Shown in pieces: positions 49,110-63,396 of a stretch of DNA of 64,000 nucleotides. A program made the translations under genes and the position numbers. How positions within the stretch are numbered: the first letter of the stretch is position 1; the number at the start of each line of letters is the position of its first letter. The notes under the pieces were generated by a model that saw only the letters and a program-made list of their open reading frames with translations, was not told where the DNA came from and made no database searches. Location: assembly GCA_001600815.1 (NCBI GenBank), contig BCKZ01000003.1:810581-874580 (forward strand). Direction: 5' to 3'. Origin of the DNA: Alloascoidea hylecoeti. Taxonomy: Eukaryota.

Positions 49110-51197
49110 TCAAGGTTTTCTTATTGGATCAATTTTATTCTTTATTTTTCCCAGAGGAAAAGCACAACTTTTCAAAAGAATTGATTGAAAATATTCAATG
49201 GATTGTTTATCCATATCGCTTTGAACAGTTATAATATTAACAGTCGCTCTTTTGTGTTTATCTTCGGTCTCCTTCGTGAACACTATCTCATCATAATCAA
49301 TGCTATCTTCATCATAAATAGGGTCTTCTTTTTTCACTTCTTTTCCAATTTTTTCGTTTTCAACGGTTTTTGTATCGTTTTTCCTTTCCACTGGTATCTC
49401 TACTTCTTTAATTTCTTTGCTGATTGGAATCTTCCATTTGTCAGAATCAAAAGTTATATCGTCATTATATATGAATTCAGAATCTTTTCTATTATGAGCA
49501 TTTGAATCACTGACTCTACATCTTCCACAAATAACTTGTAAATATGATGACTTCAAAATACAATCCATCCCTAATACATATACATTTGATAAAGAAGGTA
49601 AATCCATCCCCGGTAATTGAAAGTACCTAACGAACAATAGATTAGGCAATGAAGTGGTGAAATCAGTCAAACTTCCTTCATTTTCTTTCATTCCACCAGC
49701 AAAGAAATCACCAACATTAATCTTAGCAGGTTTTGATTTCCCATCATCAATTGTTACATCGCGTGAATATAAATCAAAATTTAATTCTGAACCTTTTATA
49801 CCGTTTTCTAACAATCGTTTTTTGATTATTGAATTTGATAAACCATTTGGTACAATTAATAAAGATCTTGGCATACCTTGTGATTTATATAATGAACTGA
49901 AACCTCGAAAATAATCTTTTTGAGTATTTATGGATTTTATAATTGATTTTTCTAAAAATCGTCTTTCTTTAGTTCTGTTCAATTCATCATTATTAAAAAT
50001 ATAATCTTTTTTATTAATGAAAACATATTCGTTATTTGATGTTAAGGATTGATTCTCATTATCATCGCTATTCTTATTTGTTTTTGATTCATTTGAATAG
50101 ATAGGAAATTGAAAATCTTTCAGCATTCCCGTAGTTTGATCATAATCGACTACGTTAATATCAACATAATCAGGAATTCTATTTAATGGGGAAGGAAATC
50201 CGATATTAATTATTGGTCTATTCTGTGTTAATGAGCTATTTTGAAATGAAGCTTTTATTTTTTTGTTTGCCGTAGTTGAAACAAGTGCATACTTTATGGG
50301 TGCAAATACTGAATCTTGATGTTGTGATTGTTGAGCATTACGCCATGATACTAAATGTTTTATTAATATTATTGCGGGCTTTTCATGTTCGTTTGTTGAT
50401 GCTGATGCTGATGCTGATGATGTTTTTGGTTCTCCTACATCTTTTTTTAATTTATATGCTTCGTAAAGGGGAATGTCTGTTACTAGAGTATCTGCTTCAT
50501 CAACAATAATTGTTGATACATTATATAATGGTAATAAAGAACGATCGCTTGAAGATAAAATATCTAGAATTCTTGTTGGTGTAGATATTATGATATGAGG
50601 GTTCGGATTATTCATTAATAAACTAATTTGCTCATTTTCATCTCTACTAGGTGTAGAATCACTAGAATTGGTGGTTTCGTCTGAATTAGATGGTGTTGAT
50701 CTATGTAAAATTTGTACGACATCATCAATATTAAGAAATGATCCCTTTATTAAATTTCGAATACCATCGTAATACTGTATTCCTAACATTATATGAGGGA
50801 CAAGTATTAAAGTTGTAGTTCCACCATGAGGATTTCGCTCTTGTGATAATGCATATAAAGCTAACGCTGAAGACTTGCCAGTCCCTGCTGGAGATCTGGT
50901 TAAAATAGACATGTTCGACATCAAAACTGAAAGCATTTTCCTTTGGACTGGTGTTGGAGATACCCATTCTGGTAGATTATACTCAATAGCTTGGTGAATT
51001 GCCTTTGGAAAGGGTATATCAGTAAATGATTTTGCTTCTATAGGATCAAAACATAATTTGACAGTGGTAGGAGCATTGGATGAATACCGGAAGGAGTGCC
51101 CGTGCCTATTTACAATCGGATTTATTCTCGGGCCAACCCTAATATCCGATAATAATTTGGGGTTTATTATCTTTGTTCTCCTAATTAGTTTAAACAT
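49110..51197 (-). CDS. Divergent DEAD-box helicase-like protein, probably mitochondrial
   Basis: Basic N-terminus; Q motif PTPVQ, SPAGTGKS, STPTRILD, VDEAD, PGMDLP; motif VI degenerate. Confidence 0.7.
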   Translation of the reverse strand: MFKLIRRTKIINPKLLSDIRVGPRINPIVNRHGHSFRYSSNAPTTVKLCFDPIEAKSFTDIPFPKAIHQAIEYNLPEWVSPTPVQRKMLSVLMSNMSILTRSPAGTGKSSALALYALSQERNPHGGTTTLILVPHIMLGIQYYDGIRNLIKGSFLNIDDVVQILHRSTPSNSDETTNSSDSTPSRDENEQISLLMNNPNPHIIISTPTRILDILSSSDRSLLPLYNVSTIIVDEADTLVTDIPLYEAYKLKKDVGEPKTSSASASASTNEHEKPAIILIKHLVSWRNAQQSQHQDSVFAPIKYALVSTTANKKIKASFQNSSLTQNRPIINIGFPSPLNRIPDYVDINVVDYDQTTGMLKDFQFPIYSNESKTNKNSDDNENQSLTSNNEYVFINKKDYIFNNDELNRTKERRFLEKSIIKSINTQKDYFRGFSSLYKSQGMPRSLLIVPNGLSNSIIKKRLLENGIKGSELNFDLYSRDVTIDDGKSKPAKINVGDFFAGGMKENEGSLTDFTTSLPNLLFVRYFQLPGMDLPSLSNVYVLGMDCILKSSYLQVICGRCRVSDSNAHNRKDSEFIYNDDITFDSDKWKIPISKEIKEVEIPVERKNDTKTVENEKIGKEVKKEDPIYDEDSIDYDEIVFTKETEDKHKRATVNIITVQSDMDKQSIEYFQSILLKSCAFPLGKIKNKIDPIRKP

Positions 51198-51354
51198 TTT
51201 CTTCCCCTAAATATCCCTGCTATAAAATTTGAGAGAGGTTTTTGAAAAATGGCAGTTTCGCGTATATTCTGGACTGATCAGTACATTTCAGCACTACCAT
51301 ATAGTGAGAATATGTTGTGTCCCAAAAAGATAGGTACTCAAACATCATTTATTA

Positions 51355-54300
51355 ATGCTGGACTGGCCCTTCTTTCTGGCTTTGGTGAGCTTATCGGCCC
51401 TTCTATATTCAATTTTCAGTTCTAGATATTTAGCACCATACTTGAAGTTAGAATCAGATACTAAGACTTCAAATAATAATACAACTCAAGATATTCCTGT
51501 GGATTTACTCCTGGATGAGCAAAAACAGAAATATACATATCTAGATGATTTCCTACGTGCAGTAAAGGTATTTGGATATTTGGAACGACCTGTTTTTAAT
51601 GAATTGACGAAATCAATGCAAATGCATAAGCTGAGGAAAGACGAGGTTATGCTGATGAATGAAAAACTGGGGTTTTCAATTGTTGTTGGTGGTAAAGTCC
51701 AGGTGTTTTATAAAGTCAAACCTATTATGAGACATACTGCTGATAATGAAGATGATGTAATAATTATTAACAATGAAAAATATCATTTACTGACAGAGGT
51801 TAGTAGTGGAGCCCCTCTATCTTCACATATTGATATTCTATCCTTATTTACTGACACCTCTCAAACACAATCCCACTCTACAACATCTAGTGAGGGGGTA
51901 AATTTACCTAAGATTCTTACAGATGTAATCGTAAAAGCTCAAACGGACTCAACAATTGCAGTTATACCTTCTGAATCTTTTAAATATTTAGCACGAAAAT
52001 ATCCCAAATCAATCAACCATGTTTTACAAATCATTCTGTCAAAGCTTAATAGAGTTACATTTCAAACTATGCATTCTTATTTTAGTTTAACAAATGAAAT
52101 TTTTGAAACTGAAGTAAAGTTAAATCTGGGCGCTAGATATGAATTACCACTGTACTTATATGATGGCATGATTAAAAAATTGCTGAAAATGAAAGAAATA
52201 AAGGAGGAAGAAAGAAAAATAGATGAACCTCCTATTAAAAGGGTAAATTTATCATTAAAGGATAATAATGTTAGGCATAAAGGATTAAGAAGCAACAATG
52301 AAAGCAGCATAATACCATTCTCTTACTTTGACCCACATCATCACCATCGTGATAAAAGTTATCATTTTAGCTCCTATATAAATAAGGCACTCCAAACCTC
52401 ATCAAAGAACTTTGTCCACGATGATTCAGAGTCACCAAGACCTCCACTGTTACCTCACAAACCCAGACCCCCGATTTTATCTCACAAATCAAGACAGATT
52501 TCAGTTTCTATTGATCCTGACCAACTCTCTCCCCATCCGGGTGATTTATTAACCAATGTTCCATTGTCAAGACGAGAGACTTTATATCAATTGCCTGATC
52601 TCTTACACACATCAAATACAAACTCTAGGTTAGGTTTAAATGTAGACAATGAAATTAAATTAAGAATGTTTTCTGCTGATGAGGAGACGGAAGATACAAG
52701 TTTAAGAATTGCATTAACAGAAGGAATTTTCAAATTGTTAGGCATCGAAAGAGATATTATTAAAACATTTGATGATGACAGTGGTGCCAGTAAGTTTTCA
52801 AATTCTGTAACACCTTTCGCTGCAAGCATAATCTCAAATGGAGGTAGACATCCTCTCAAGCGTATGCTATCAGTGGATTCATTATCCACTACATCATTTG
52901 ATGGATCAAGTATAACATCTTCTATTACAAAGAATCTAAATGACACTTTTCAATTCGAAGATGCGCAAAAGGAATTTGCAGAAGAATTATCAATATTATA
53001 TATAAAAGAAAATGAAACGTTAGTAACACAAGGAGAAGAAAACCCAGGTTTATTTTATTTAATAAAAGGCTTGCTGGAAGTTGGTTATTACAGTAATGAT
53101 AGCTACTTCAATAATAATATTAATGACAATGCAGCTCAAAATAACATCAATGATGATAACAACTATCATGTACTATACACTATTAAACCAGGTGAAATAG
53201 CAGGCTATTTAGGTACAATTATGAGTACTTCGAAATCACTCATAACTATACGTGTGGTAACAGATTCTTATCTTGGGTTTATACCCCAAAAATCATTTAA
53301 TTATTTCTTAGAAAAAAAATATAAAGTGTATTTAGCTGTTATTGCTAAATTTTTGACAGTGCTAAGTAATGCAATTGTTTATATGGATTTCGCACTGGAA
53401 TGGGTTCAAACCGAAGGAGGCAAAAAATGTTTAAGACAGGGTTCTGACGCAAATGATATCTGTTTAGTATTAAACGGTAGGTTTCGATCAATAGTTGAAG
53501 AATTTGAAGAAAATGAGAATGAAAAATATTCAGATTTAAAGAGTCGTAAAACAAGTTCTCACAACCATCTCAAAAAATATAAGGTATTACAAGAATTTGC
53601 TCAAGGTGATAGTATTGGCGAGGTTGAAGTTTTAACTGCTTCAAAATTTCCCTTTTCTTTGGTTGCAGTTAGAGAATCTGAAATTGTAAAAATACCAAGA
53701 ACATTATTGAATAGTATAGCACTACAATACCCATCAATTAATATTATGATATCCAGGAAATTAGCAAGAAAAATGAAGGATCAATCAGTTAAAAACCCTA
53801 ATATTTCAAACTACAATTATATGTCTAAAAATCCGTATACTGGAAATTCAAAAAGTCAAACTACTTATAATTATAATAAAACACAGTTGCAACCAGGTTC
53901 AAAAAATCAATCAACTGCGACTACAACAAAGTCCATAACAAGCTATAATAACCTAGCTTATTATAAAACAATAACAATCTTACCTATTAACCCAAATTCC
54001 AATATTCCGTTAGCTGAATTCGGTGAAAAATTATTAAACTCTTTCAAGGCAATAGGTCAGGATGCCATATCATTAAACAGATCAACCGTCTTCACTCCAA
54101 ATTTAGGAGGACTATGTCATCATCATGCTTTTAATAAACTAAGCAAGCTAAAGCTCTCTGGATATTTTGCAGATGTAGAGGATACATTTGACAAAATTAT
54201 TTATATAATCGACCCTAATAATTTGAATTCATCTTGGAACGATATTTGTATGTCTCGCGCTGATTGTATCTTATTCGTTGCAGATGCTTTATTTTTAAAC

Positions 54301-55674
54301 AACGCTAATGTAAAAGACAATTCATTAAATTTTAATTCTTATGAAAGTTTTACAGAAATTGGAAGTTATGAAGAAAATTTTATAAAAATGGATAGTATGG
54401 CAAGAAGTGACTTGGTATTATTACATCCTGATAGAGCGGTTTCTCCTGGACTAACTAAATCTTGGCTGAAAGATCGAAAATGGATAAACTCTTGTCACCA
54501 TATTCAAATGGCTATTAAACCAAATATAGTTGTTGAAACAACAAGTTTAAGAAACTTCATGCTATGGAAAGAGAAATTAGCAAATTTAAAGTTAGCAAAA
54601 AGCTTAAAATCTAAAGTTAATAATATAAGAGATGATTTACTGGAGAAATATAAATTAGGTGCCAGAAAACAAGAAATTTACTCTAATTCTCAAGCATATA
54701 AAAGTGATTTTAACCGTTTAGCGAGAATACTATCTGGTAAAGCTGTCGGTTTGGTACTTGGTGGAGGTGGAGCTAGAGGTATCGCTCACCTAGGTATTTT
54801 AAGAGCTTTGGAGGATCAAGGTATACCTGTTGATATGATAGGTGGAACATCAATTGGTTCATTCGTTGGCGGCTTATATGCAAAGGAATATAATTTCGTT
54901 AAAACATATGGTCGTGTGAAGAAATTCTCCTCCAGAATGGCTAGATTGTGGATATGGATATTTGATTTCACTTATCCCTTCACCTCCTATACTACAGGTC
55001 ATGAGTTTAATATAGGTATTTGGAAAGCTTTTGGTGATAGTAGAATTGAAGATTTTTGGATTTCGTATTATGCAAATTCAACAAATATCACGCAATCTAG
55101 GATGGAAGTCCATTCGTCTGGCTACGCCTGGAGATATATTCGAGCCTCTATGTCCTTAGCTGGGTTGGTACCTCCTATCGTTGATGTTGATGGTAGTATG
55201 CTCTTGGATGGCGGTTATATCGACAACTTAACTGTTTCTGAAATGAGATCCAGAGGCGCTAATATAATCGTTGCGGTTGATGTTGGGAGTGTAGATGATA
55301 AAGCGCCAATGAGGTTTGGTGATTCTTTATCGGGGCTTTGGATCATATTTAATAGATGGAATCCCTTTTCAAGAATACCTAATGTACCCACAATGACGGA
55401 AATTCAAATGAGATTAGGTTACGTTTCAAGTGTTGTTGCATTAGAAGCTGCAAAAATAACTCCTGGTATTCTCTATATCCGACCTCCTATCGATGATTAT
55501 GCAACTTTGGATTTTGGTAGATTTGTAGAAATATATACAGTTGGATTAACCCACTGTCTTCAAACAATAAAGAAATGGAAAATGCAGGACATTTTCCCCG
55601 AGATCCCAGGTTCAATTCAGCATTCTCGTGATAAAAAGGGATTAAACCCAAGGGTTAGAAGGAACAGTATATAA
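51355..55674 (+). CDS. NTE1: Lysophospholipase Nte1 (cNMP-binding domains plus patatin domain)
   Basis: YLDDFLRAVKVFGYLERPVF, GGGGARG, GTSIG, LDGGY, terminal RRNSI. Confidence 0.93.
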   Translation: MLDWPFFLALVSLSALLYSIFSSRYLAPYLKLESDTKTSNNNTTQDIPVDLLLDEQKQKYTYLDDFLRAVKVFGYLERPVFNELTKSMQMHKLRKDEVMLMNEKLGFSIVVGGKVQVFYKVKPIMRHTADNEDDVIIINNEKYHLLTEVSSGAPLSSHIDILSLFTDTSQTQSHSTTSSEGVNLPKILTDVIVKAQTDSTIAVIPSESFKYLARKYPKSINHVLQIILSKLNRVTFQTMHSYFSLTNEIFETEVKLNLGARYELPLYLYDGMIKKLLKMKEIKEEERKIDEPPIKRVNLSLKDNNVRHKGLRSNNESSIIPFSYFDPHHHHRDKSYHFSSYINKALQTSSKNFVHDDSESPRPPLLPHKPRPPILSHKSRQISVSIDPDQLSPHPGDLLTNVPLSRRETLYQLPDLLHTSNTNSRLGLNVDNEIKLRMFSADEETEDTSLRIALTEGIFKLLGIERDIIKTFDDDSGASKFSNSVTPFAASIISNGGRHPLKRMLSVDSLSTTSFDGSSITSSITKNLNDTFQFEDAQKEFAEELSILYIKENETLVTQGEENPGLFYLIKGLLEVGYYSNDSYFNNNINDNAAQNNINDDNNYHVLYTIKPGEIAGYLGTIMSTSKSLITIRVVTDSYLGFIPQKSFNYFLEKKYKVYLAVIAKFLTVLSNAIVYMDFALEWVQTEGGKKCLRQGSDANDICLVLNGRFRSIVEEFEENENEKYSDLKSRKTSSHNHLKKYKVLQEFAQGDSIGEVEVLTASKFPFSLVAVRESEIVKIPRTLLNSIALQYPSINIMISRKLARKMKDQSVKNPNISNYNYMSKNPYTGNSKSQTTYNYNKTQLQPGSKNQSTATTTKSITSYNNLAYYKTITILPINPNSNIPLAEFGEKLLNSFKAIGQDAISLNRSTVFTPNLGGLCHHHAFNKLSKLKLSGYFADVEDTFDKIIYIIDPNNLNSSWNDICMSRADCILFVADALFLNNANVKDNSLNFNSYESFTEIGSYEENFIKMDSMARSDLVLLHPDRAVSPGLTKSWLKDRKWINSCHHIQMAIKPNIVVETTSLRNFMLWKEKLANLKLAKSLKSKVNNIRDDLLEKYKLGARKQEIYSNSQAYKSDFNRLARILSGKAVGLVLGGGGARGIAHLGILRALEDQGIPVDMIGGTSIGSFVGGLYAKEYNFVKTYGRVKKFSSRMARLWIWIFDFTYPFTSYTTGHEFNIGIWKAFGDSRIEDFWISYYANSTNITQSRMEVHSSGYAWRYIRASMSLAGLVPPIVDVDGSMLLDGGYIDNLTVSEMRSRGANIIVAVDVGSVDDKAPMRFGDSLSGLWIIFNRWNPFSRIPNVPTMTEIQMRLGYVSSVVALEAAKITPGILYIRPPIDDYATLDFGRFVEIYTVGLTHCLQTIKKWKMQDIFPEIPGSIQHSRDKKGLNPRVRRNSI

Positions 55675-56228
55675 AATTAGCATCAAGCATTTTTACTATA
55701 GAATGAAAAGAAGAATATGTATCATATACCAGGGGTAACTCAACAGGTAGCATCTATATATATATAGGAGCTATTATTTATTATAGACATTTATTTATCT
55801 ACTAATGAACAACTTGTATCACTCTACTTGTGTTTTTTATTTTGCTAAAATCTAATATTAATATTAATGTGCTAATATTTATAACGCTTTTATAAAAGAC
55901 CGGTATGGAATATGGTTTGTTGCACATAAAGGTGACCGAATGATTAATTTAACAAGTGGCCAAAACAATAATGCATCATGTGCAGCGATTACATAGTCAA
56001 AGAAATGATCGAAATCAGGTGAAATCACTATAAATTGGGACAATATGACGGTATTACTGTAAATTTAAAGCTACGATTGTAATTATAGGGAGCATACATA
56101 TATATTTAGTATCGATATCTAATATTAGCACTAGACATAAATATAGCTATAGTGTGCTGATGATATATTTCATAACGTCTTTTCAGTTTACATTTTAGTT
56201 TCCAATTAAAATTTCGGTTCATTATTCT

Positions 56229-57772
56229 TTAATGTTGTCCTCCTTGTAAATAATACTCAAATTTATCAAGGAAGATCGTTGCTTTACTAGAAGAATCTGG
56301 CACTTTATCGTTTAATGTGACCTCAACAGTTAAATTCCCAATGTATGTATCTTTAGCATTACTTACACCCAAAATCTCATCAAATAAATCAATTGGTTGA
56401 GAACGATCATGAATTTTTTGAGGTAGTTTAATATTCACTGAAAAACGATCAACATTAGATGGAATTGAAAGTAAATCTTCAAAAATTGGATCATATAAAA
56501 CTGATTGTTTAGATGGGGATGCATAAGCAGCACGAGTAGCAAGTTTTGTTGCATGATCAACCAATGTTTGAAGAGGAATTATTGATCCTGTTTTTTCTTG
56601 AGATTTTGCTTCAAGAGCAGATATATCACCTGATGAGATTATACGGGTTAAAATTGTAGGGGTTGGCTTTTCTGGTTTCGCTGATGTTTCTGGTCTTGAT
56701 TCTTGGGTTTCTTCGCTTTGCGCCTCTTTTGGCTTCACTTCCTTTAATTCAATGTTTGATAAGTCAAGTTTCTCACGAGAGCGGATAAAGTTAGATACCG
56801 CTTTGACATCTTCATTTGTTATTTTACCAAGGTATGCAAGGACATCACCCTTTAGGAGTCGCCCATGAGGTCCAGAAGCAGGAATCTTAGAAAACGCATC
56901 CGAACTAGAGATGTTGTTTTCGTGGAGAAGGATAGCTACGGAGGGGAGAAGAGTTTGCGTCGAATCAGCTGTAACTGTTACTTCACTTGAGCTCGGGCTT
57001 GTAGGTGGTGCCGCTGATTCGGTTGGAGCTTTTGGAGTAGGGGAAGTAGTTGGTGCCTCTGCTGGAGGTGGGGGAGGGGTTGAAGCGGATGCATCAGTTA
57101 TTGGCTCTGGGTACTCTAGACTTGATATATCATCACCTAATTCAGCAAGATATGCAATGGTATTACCGACTTTTATGCTTTTGGAGCCATCGGGAACGAT
57201 AATCTTAGCCAGAATGCCATCCTCTTGGGATTCAACGTCTATTTGTGCTTTGTCGGTTTCAATTTCGAGTAATACATCACCAACAGTAAATTCCTGGCCT
57301 AGTCATTTGTATAGATTAGTTTAATAAGCGAGAAAATGGGTACTAGTGTATTTATGATATTCAAAACATACCTTCTTTGACTTTCCATTCTACTACATTA
57401 CCTTCAGACATTGTTGGAGACATCGCAGGCATACCAAAAGTACTAGCAGCCAAAACTCTTGATAATTGAGAAAAGGCTATAAAAATATAATGTTAGGTGA
57501 TAAATTCGGGATTTCACTTCATTGTAATTCATCCAATTGCGTCACAAAATGTTGTCCCCCTCTTAGTCGTCAATTGATGTCAATAATAAGTACTCATAAC
57601 CATAGTCATTGATATTCAATAGTTTTGTGAATAATACCATTACAATTTGGAGAACAAGGAAGAATTAAACAAGATCATATAATCACTTACCTCTACACCC
57701 AACTCCCCGAGCCACAACACGGTTCAAAGCAGTACGCTGAAGACCTCTTAGAACAATTTTTGAAGCCAGCAT
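56229..57772 (-). CDS. PDX1: Pyruvate dehydrogenase protein X (E3-binding protein), 3 exons
   Basis: Lipoyl domain MPAMSPTMSEG..LEIETDKAQIDVE, E3-binding IPASGPHGRLLKGDVL, no catalytic E2 domain; introns ~57690-57477 and ~57371-57299. Confidence 0.88.
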
Positions 57773-58166
57773 TTTAAAATTCTTAAAAAGAGTCCCAATC
57801 CAACAAAAAAAAAGGGTGAAAAAGAAATTATTTGCTGCAGAAGGTTGTGATAAATGTAGGTTTATGTCCTTTTTTGATGTTCGTGGTTTGGCCGGGTAAA
57901 TATGGACAAGGAAACAAGAAATTCATTTTCCTCCTTGTCCAATATTATAATAATCCACTAATTATGGTCTCTGATGAACACCAAACAATCGGTCTTGATG
58001 AACAGTATAATGGATATTAATAGAATCTTCAAATTAGCACAGAATACACACTAATATTGATATGACTTACTGTAATATAAGGGTTAAAAAAATAAGGGGC
58101 ACAAATTACGTGCTTACATATATCATCTAGCCATAAACTATAAATAAGCTATAAATCAAAATAGAT

Positions 58167-59501
<1,335 letters not shown>

Positions 59502-61061
59502 TTAAGAATTAATTGCAATTGCTGTTATAACAATTATGACTATTAATGGAGAAAAATCTAAAATTCAAAAGAAAGATCGAGAACTCGAGGAATTGATTCC
59601 TTTTATATTAACAATTGCAAAATAATGCCATGATTATTTGGACTAATTGTACCATCGAAGGGGGCAAATCAAAACAATTCAAAATTTCGATGCTATTATT
59701 ATTATTTTAACTTCCGTTAATCAGGGTGAAGTTCGGTGAATGAATGATCTATTAAGAAGAGTCGCAATTGCATGTGACTTGTGCAAATATTAATGCATAT
59801 AAATATGAGCATTAATATAGTGATGATATCAATAATGCTCATTTTTGTAATTGAATGATCTCAATAAACTAAACTGTTAGGTTTCATCCTTTATGATTAA
59901 GTAGTATGGAGACCTTCAGCGATGGAAAGTTTATTCATAAAGCATGGGAAAACGGAATATGTTCCGTTGGAATTAATTTGATCCCAGTTACCAAAATTCA
60001 AGATAATGATATTAGATCAAAATTGCTTTTAATTATAATTACAAACACAATATAATGTCAAAGTAATAGTTAGTGCATCGTAGATCCCAATTCCATGCAA
60101 ATTGATTTAGTGTTAAATTATATTTCAATTGTAAATTTATAACCATTTTTTTGAAGATCACAATTGCAATAAACTCACGAGTCACAACCATATTCTTGAT
60201 CTCAATCGCCAATTGCAAGATTTTAAATAATCATTTTATAATGCATATGTTTGTAGCAACAGCCATTGAAATTTGGACTTGATCTTGACACTAAATCACA
60301 TCGATATCTTTGAACAGCTATCGATATCGGCGCTTGTGGCTTATGGGCCGACACGGGATTTTAATTATAGTCCCCCAGACTTCTATGCCACTTCTTTCAT
60401 TTTAATTTGCTTAATTACAGCTGAAAAAATATTAAAGTTCAAATTCAATTCACCGGTAATATATAATGCAAGTTCAACCCAATTAATATATTGATGTGCT
60501 GATGTGGTACAAAATATGGGGTGAAAAGTATAACTAAGCTTAAGCCAAAGGTACCTGTTCTCTTACTAAATGTTTAAATACAGCAGAAGTTCACCATGAT
60601 CAACTACTAAATTTAGTTTCTGATTGTTCAATATGTGGTCAGGATTTATACAGCAAGTGTTTAGAACTGATTCTAGTGACTCAAACAGCATGGATACGCG
60701 ACACCTGTTAAATGACTTAAAGTGCTGGTGATTCTTAAATGGCGTAACATATGGAGATATTGTACCTTTCTCCTCTTGAAAACAATGAACATGATAATTT
60801 CTCGATCTCTAGATGGGGCGGAAACCTCGAGTTCCAATTCAACCCCTGACTAAAAGCAGGATTCCTGAAACAATTTCAGTTCTCGTACATATGTCCGACA
60901 AAAAATCCTAAGCTCCGGGTCGGGAAAAATATGAACAACCTTGTGAAGTATCACGTGATACAGCATTTAGTCAGCAGGTACGTAATCCCCTTTTTTTCTT
61001 AAATAGTGTGGGGAACAATTTTAAGGGTTTTTTTACTCCACGTATTACTTTCATTGATATT

Positions 61062-62903
61062 ATGGTTATGGACCGCCCTTATATATGTCCTATATGTCAA
61101 AAGGCCTTTCATAGGTTAGAGCATCAGACAAGACATATTCGCACTCATACTGGGGAAAAGCCACACCAGTGTGAATTTCCGGGCTGTGGTAAGAGGTTTA
61201 GCAGAAGGGACGAGTTAACAAGACATATGAGAATACATACAAATCCAAGGAGGAAAAGGGGTGAAAAGAGCAAACCAACTAGAAAAAGAGAATCTTCCTC
61301 TTCTTCTTCTGAAACTAATAATCCGCGAGTTGAAAATAATAATACTATTGAAAAAGACAATAGACAATTACAAGATCCCCGAAAAGAAAATTTTAAAGAC
61401 AATATTGCTCAGGTACAAAACAACATCAGTTCAAATATCTCAACTTCAAATGATGTTAGTATTCAAACAACACCTGAAATATCACAACTTGATGGTCATG
61501 AGTTGTTATCTCCTGTTTCTTCTGTTTCTAGTCCTATAAAGTATGATATGAATATTTTAGCTTTGGCCGCATCCGATCAGCTGGAAATGGAAAAACAATC
61601 CTCTTCGATGGATAAAACAAGCTTGTCGAAATCATATCCTTCATTATCTCGATATTTCAACTCGAGGTCGTCACCGGTAAGCCCCATGGGGTCACCTCCG
61701 GCTTCAAATACATTATCAGCCCATTCTTCCTCGAGTATAAGCTCTCTAGGGTCTTCCCCAACTTCCTTTGGTTCAATTTTTTCCAGCAATAACAATAATA
61801 ATAATGCCAACAATAATGAAGACAAATTACCTCCATTAAGACATAGGTTAAACCCATTATCGCCTTTACACAGAATGACAGCTTTAAAACCCCTTACCCC
61901 ACTATCATCAAATTTGTCACAATCATTAGCTTCTCATTCACACAGCGTAACTTCCCCTGTTACTCCTAAATCAGCATCTTCAACAGCATCACTGACTTCA
62001 CTCACAGCCACCAATTTCGTAAACACCCCACGCCTGCATTCCGTTCACGACGAGCCCCTTTCATACGATGATTACCATCAGCGTTCCAAAAAATCTAGGC
62101 CCAATTCTCCTGTTCCGACTGTTCCAAGTAGCCCAACCTTAACTGCGGTCACCTCTTTATCTCGAACAAACTCCAATATCTCTGCGTTGTTTAATATTAG
62201 TGGATTTAGTGGAATTAGAACTGGTCTATCAACTCTAAATCATACTCCATTAATAACACCTTCACATTCCCCACGTTTAGGTCCAAGATCATTATCTGGA
62301 ATTAATCCATTAAATGATATTTCTGTTATGGATTTAGAGGGATTAAACGAAGCTGTTCGAAATAACCATATTCATCATCATCATAGTGATGGTTTTGTAC
62401 TGCCCCCAATAAAAACGAGTACAAATATAAGAACCCTCCACAATTCTATCCCTTTTATGACACCATTAACCAATAATAATACTGCATCTTCAAATAATAG
62501 TAATAATAATAATTCATCTACCGGTTTGGGAATAAATATATCAGCTCCATCACTAGCATTATCAACAAATCAACAAAGTAATAATAATACTTATAATTTT
62601 TCAAGAACTAATTCAACAGTACAAACATATTCCCAATTACCTTTAAAAATTAGCATTAATGATCATGGAATTTTAGAATTAGATGGTATATTAATTGATA
62701 AGAAAATAAAATCTGGTATTGGAATTGGACAATTGGATTCTTCAATGCGTGAAACTGCTAAAATTAGCCATATTAATGCAAATACAAATAATGGAACTCA
62801 ATCTATTGAAAATATTATAACTACAACAGCAAATAATAATAATACGATAGATACAAACAGAAGGACTAGTCGCATGGCTTTAGGTGATATATTAAATGGA
62901 TAA
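61062..62903 (+). CDS. MIG1: Carbon catabolite repressor Mig1/CreA (two C2H2 fingers)
   Basis: [63 protein letters not shown]; start ATG uncertain (61062 or 61068). Confidence 0.9.
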   Translation: MVMDRPYICPICQKAFHRLEHQTRHIRTHTGEKPHQCEFPGCGKRFSRRDELTRHMRIHTNPRRKRGEKSKPTRKRESSSSSSETNNPRVENNNTIEKDNRQLQDPRKENFKDNIAQVQNNISSNISTSNDVSIQTTPEISQLDGHELLSPVSSVSSPIKYDMNILALAASDQLEMEKQSSSMDKTSLSKSYPSLSRYFNSRSSPVSPMGSPPASNTLSAHSSSSISSLGSSPTSFGSIFSSNNNNNNANNNEDKLPPLRHRLNPLSPLHRMTALKPLTPLSSNLSQSLASHSHSVTSPVTPKSASSTASLTSLTATNFVNTPRLHSVHDEPLSYDDYHQRSKKSRPNSPVPTVPSSPTLTAVTSLSRTNSNISALFNISGFSGIRTGLSTLNHTPLITPSHSPRLGPRSLSGINPLNDISVMDLEGLNEAVRNNHIHHHHSDGFVLPPIKTSTNIRTLHNSIPFMTPLTNNNTASSNNSNNNNSSTGLGINISAPSLALSTNQQSNNNTYNFSRTNSTVQTYSQLPLKISINDHGILELDGILIDKKIKSGIGIGQLDSSMRETAKISHINANTNNGTQSIENIITTTANNNNTIDTNRRTSRMALGDILNG

Positions 62904-63396
62904 TTATATTTCACGATTACAAAATGATTATTAACGCTTATTAATACTTTGAACTTACCCCCGGTATAACCTTAAAAAAATTAAAATTTTGTACTAAAAT
63001 TAAAAATTGATTTTGTTGATAGAATTATTCTCTTTTATTTTCTCTTATTATTTATTCTTTTAAAATGATATTAAAGGGTTGAAACCGCTTTTTTCGTTTC
63101 TTTAGTAAGCATCATTTTGAATAATCATATTATGATTATTGTTTTAATTTTTGTGTTTTAAAAATGTTGATCTTTCATATATAAATTAGCTTGCCACTAC
63201 ACGTATGTATCATCACTTAACTTATCTTGGCTTTATCATGATTTGATATCTATATTTAATAAGCTTTGTACTGCCCTCTTTTTCAATTGCAATCGAACTA
63301 ATTATGACATAAATGACCATGTAAGCAACACCCATTCACCATCCTTGGGCTTGATAAATAAAGATTAATTAGTCCTCTTTTTTTACCTCGTCTTTT

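Noticed and set aside
56911..57324. Plus-strand 137-aa ORF and similar short antisense or overlapping ORFs in the track
   Set aside because: Shadows of real genes on the other strand or frame (here PDX1).
57477..57690. Longer PDX1 intron as a snoRNA host
   Set aside because: No paired C and D boxes or convincing H/ACA structure seen.
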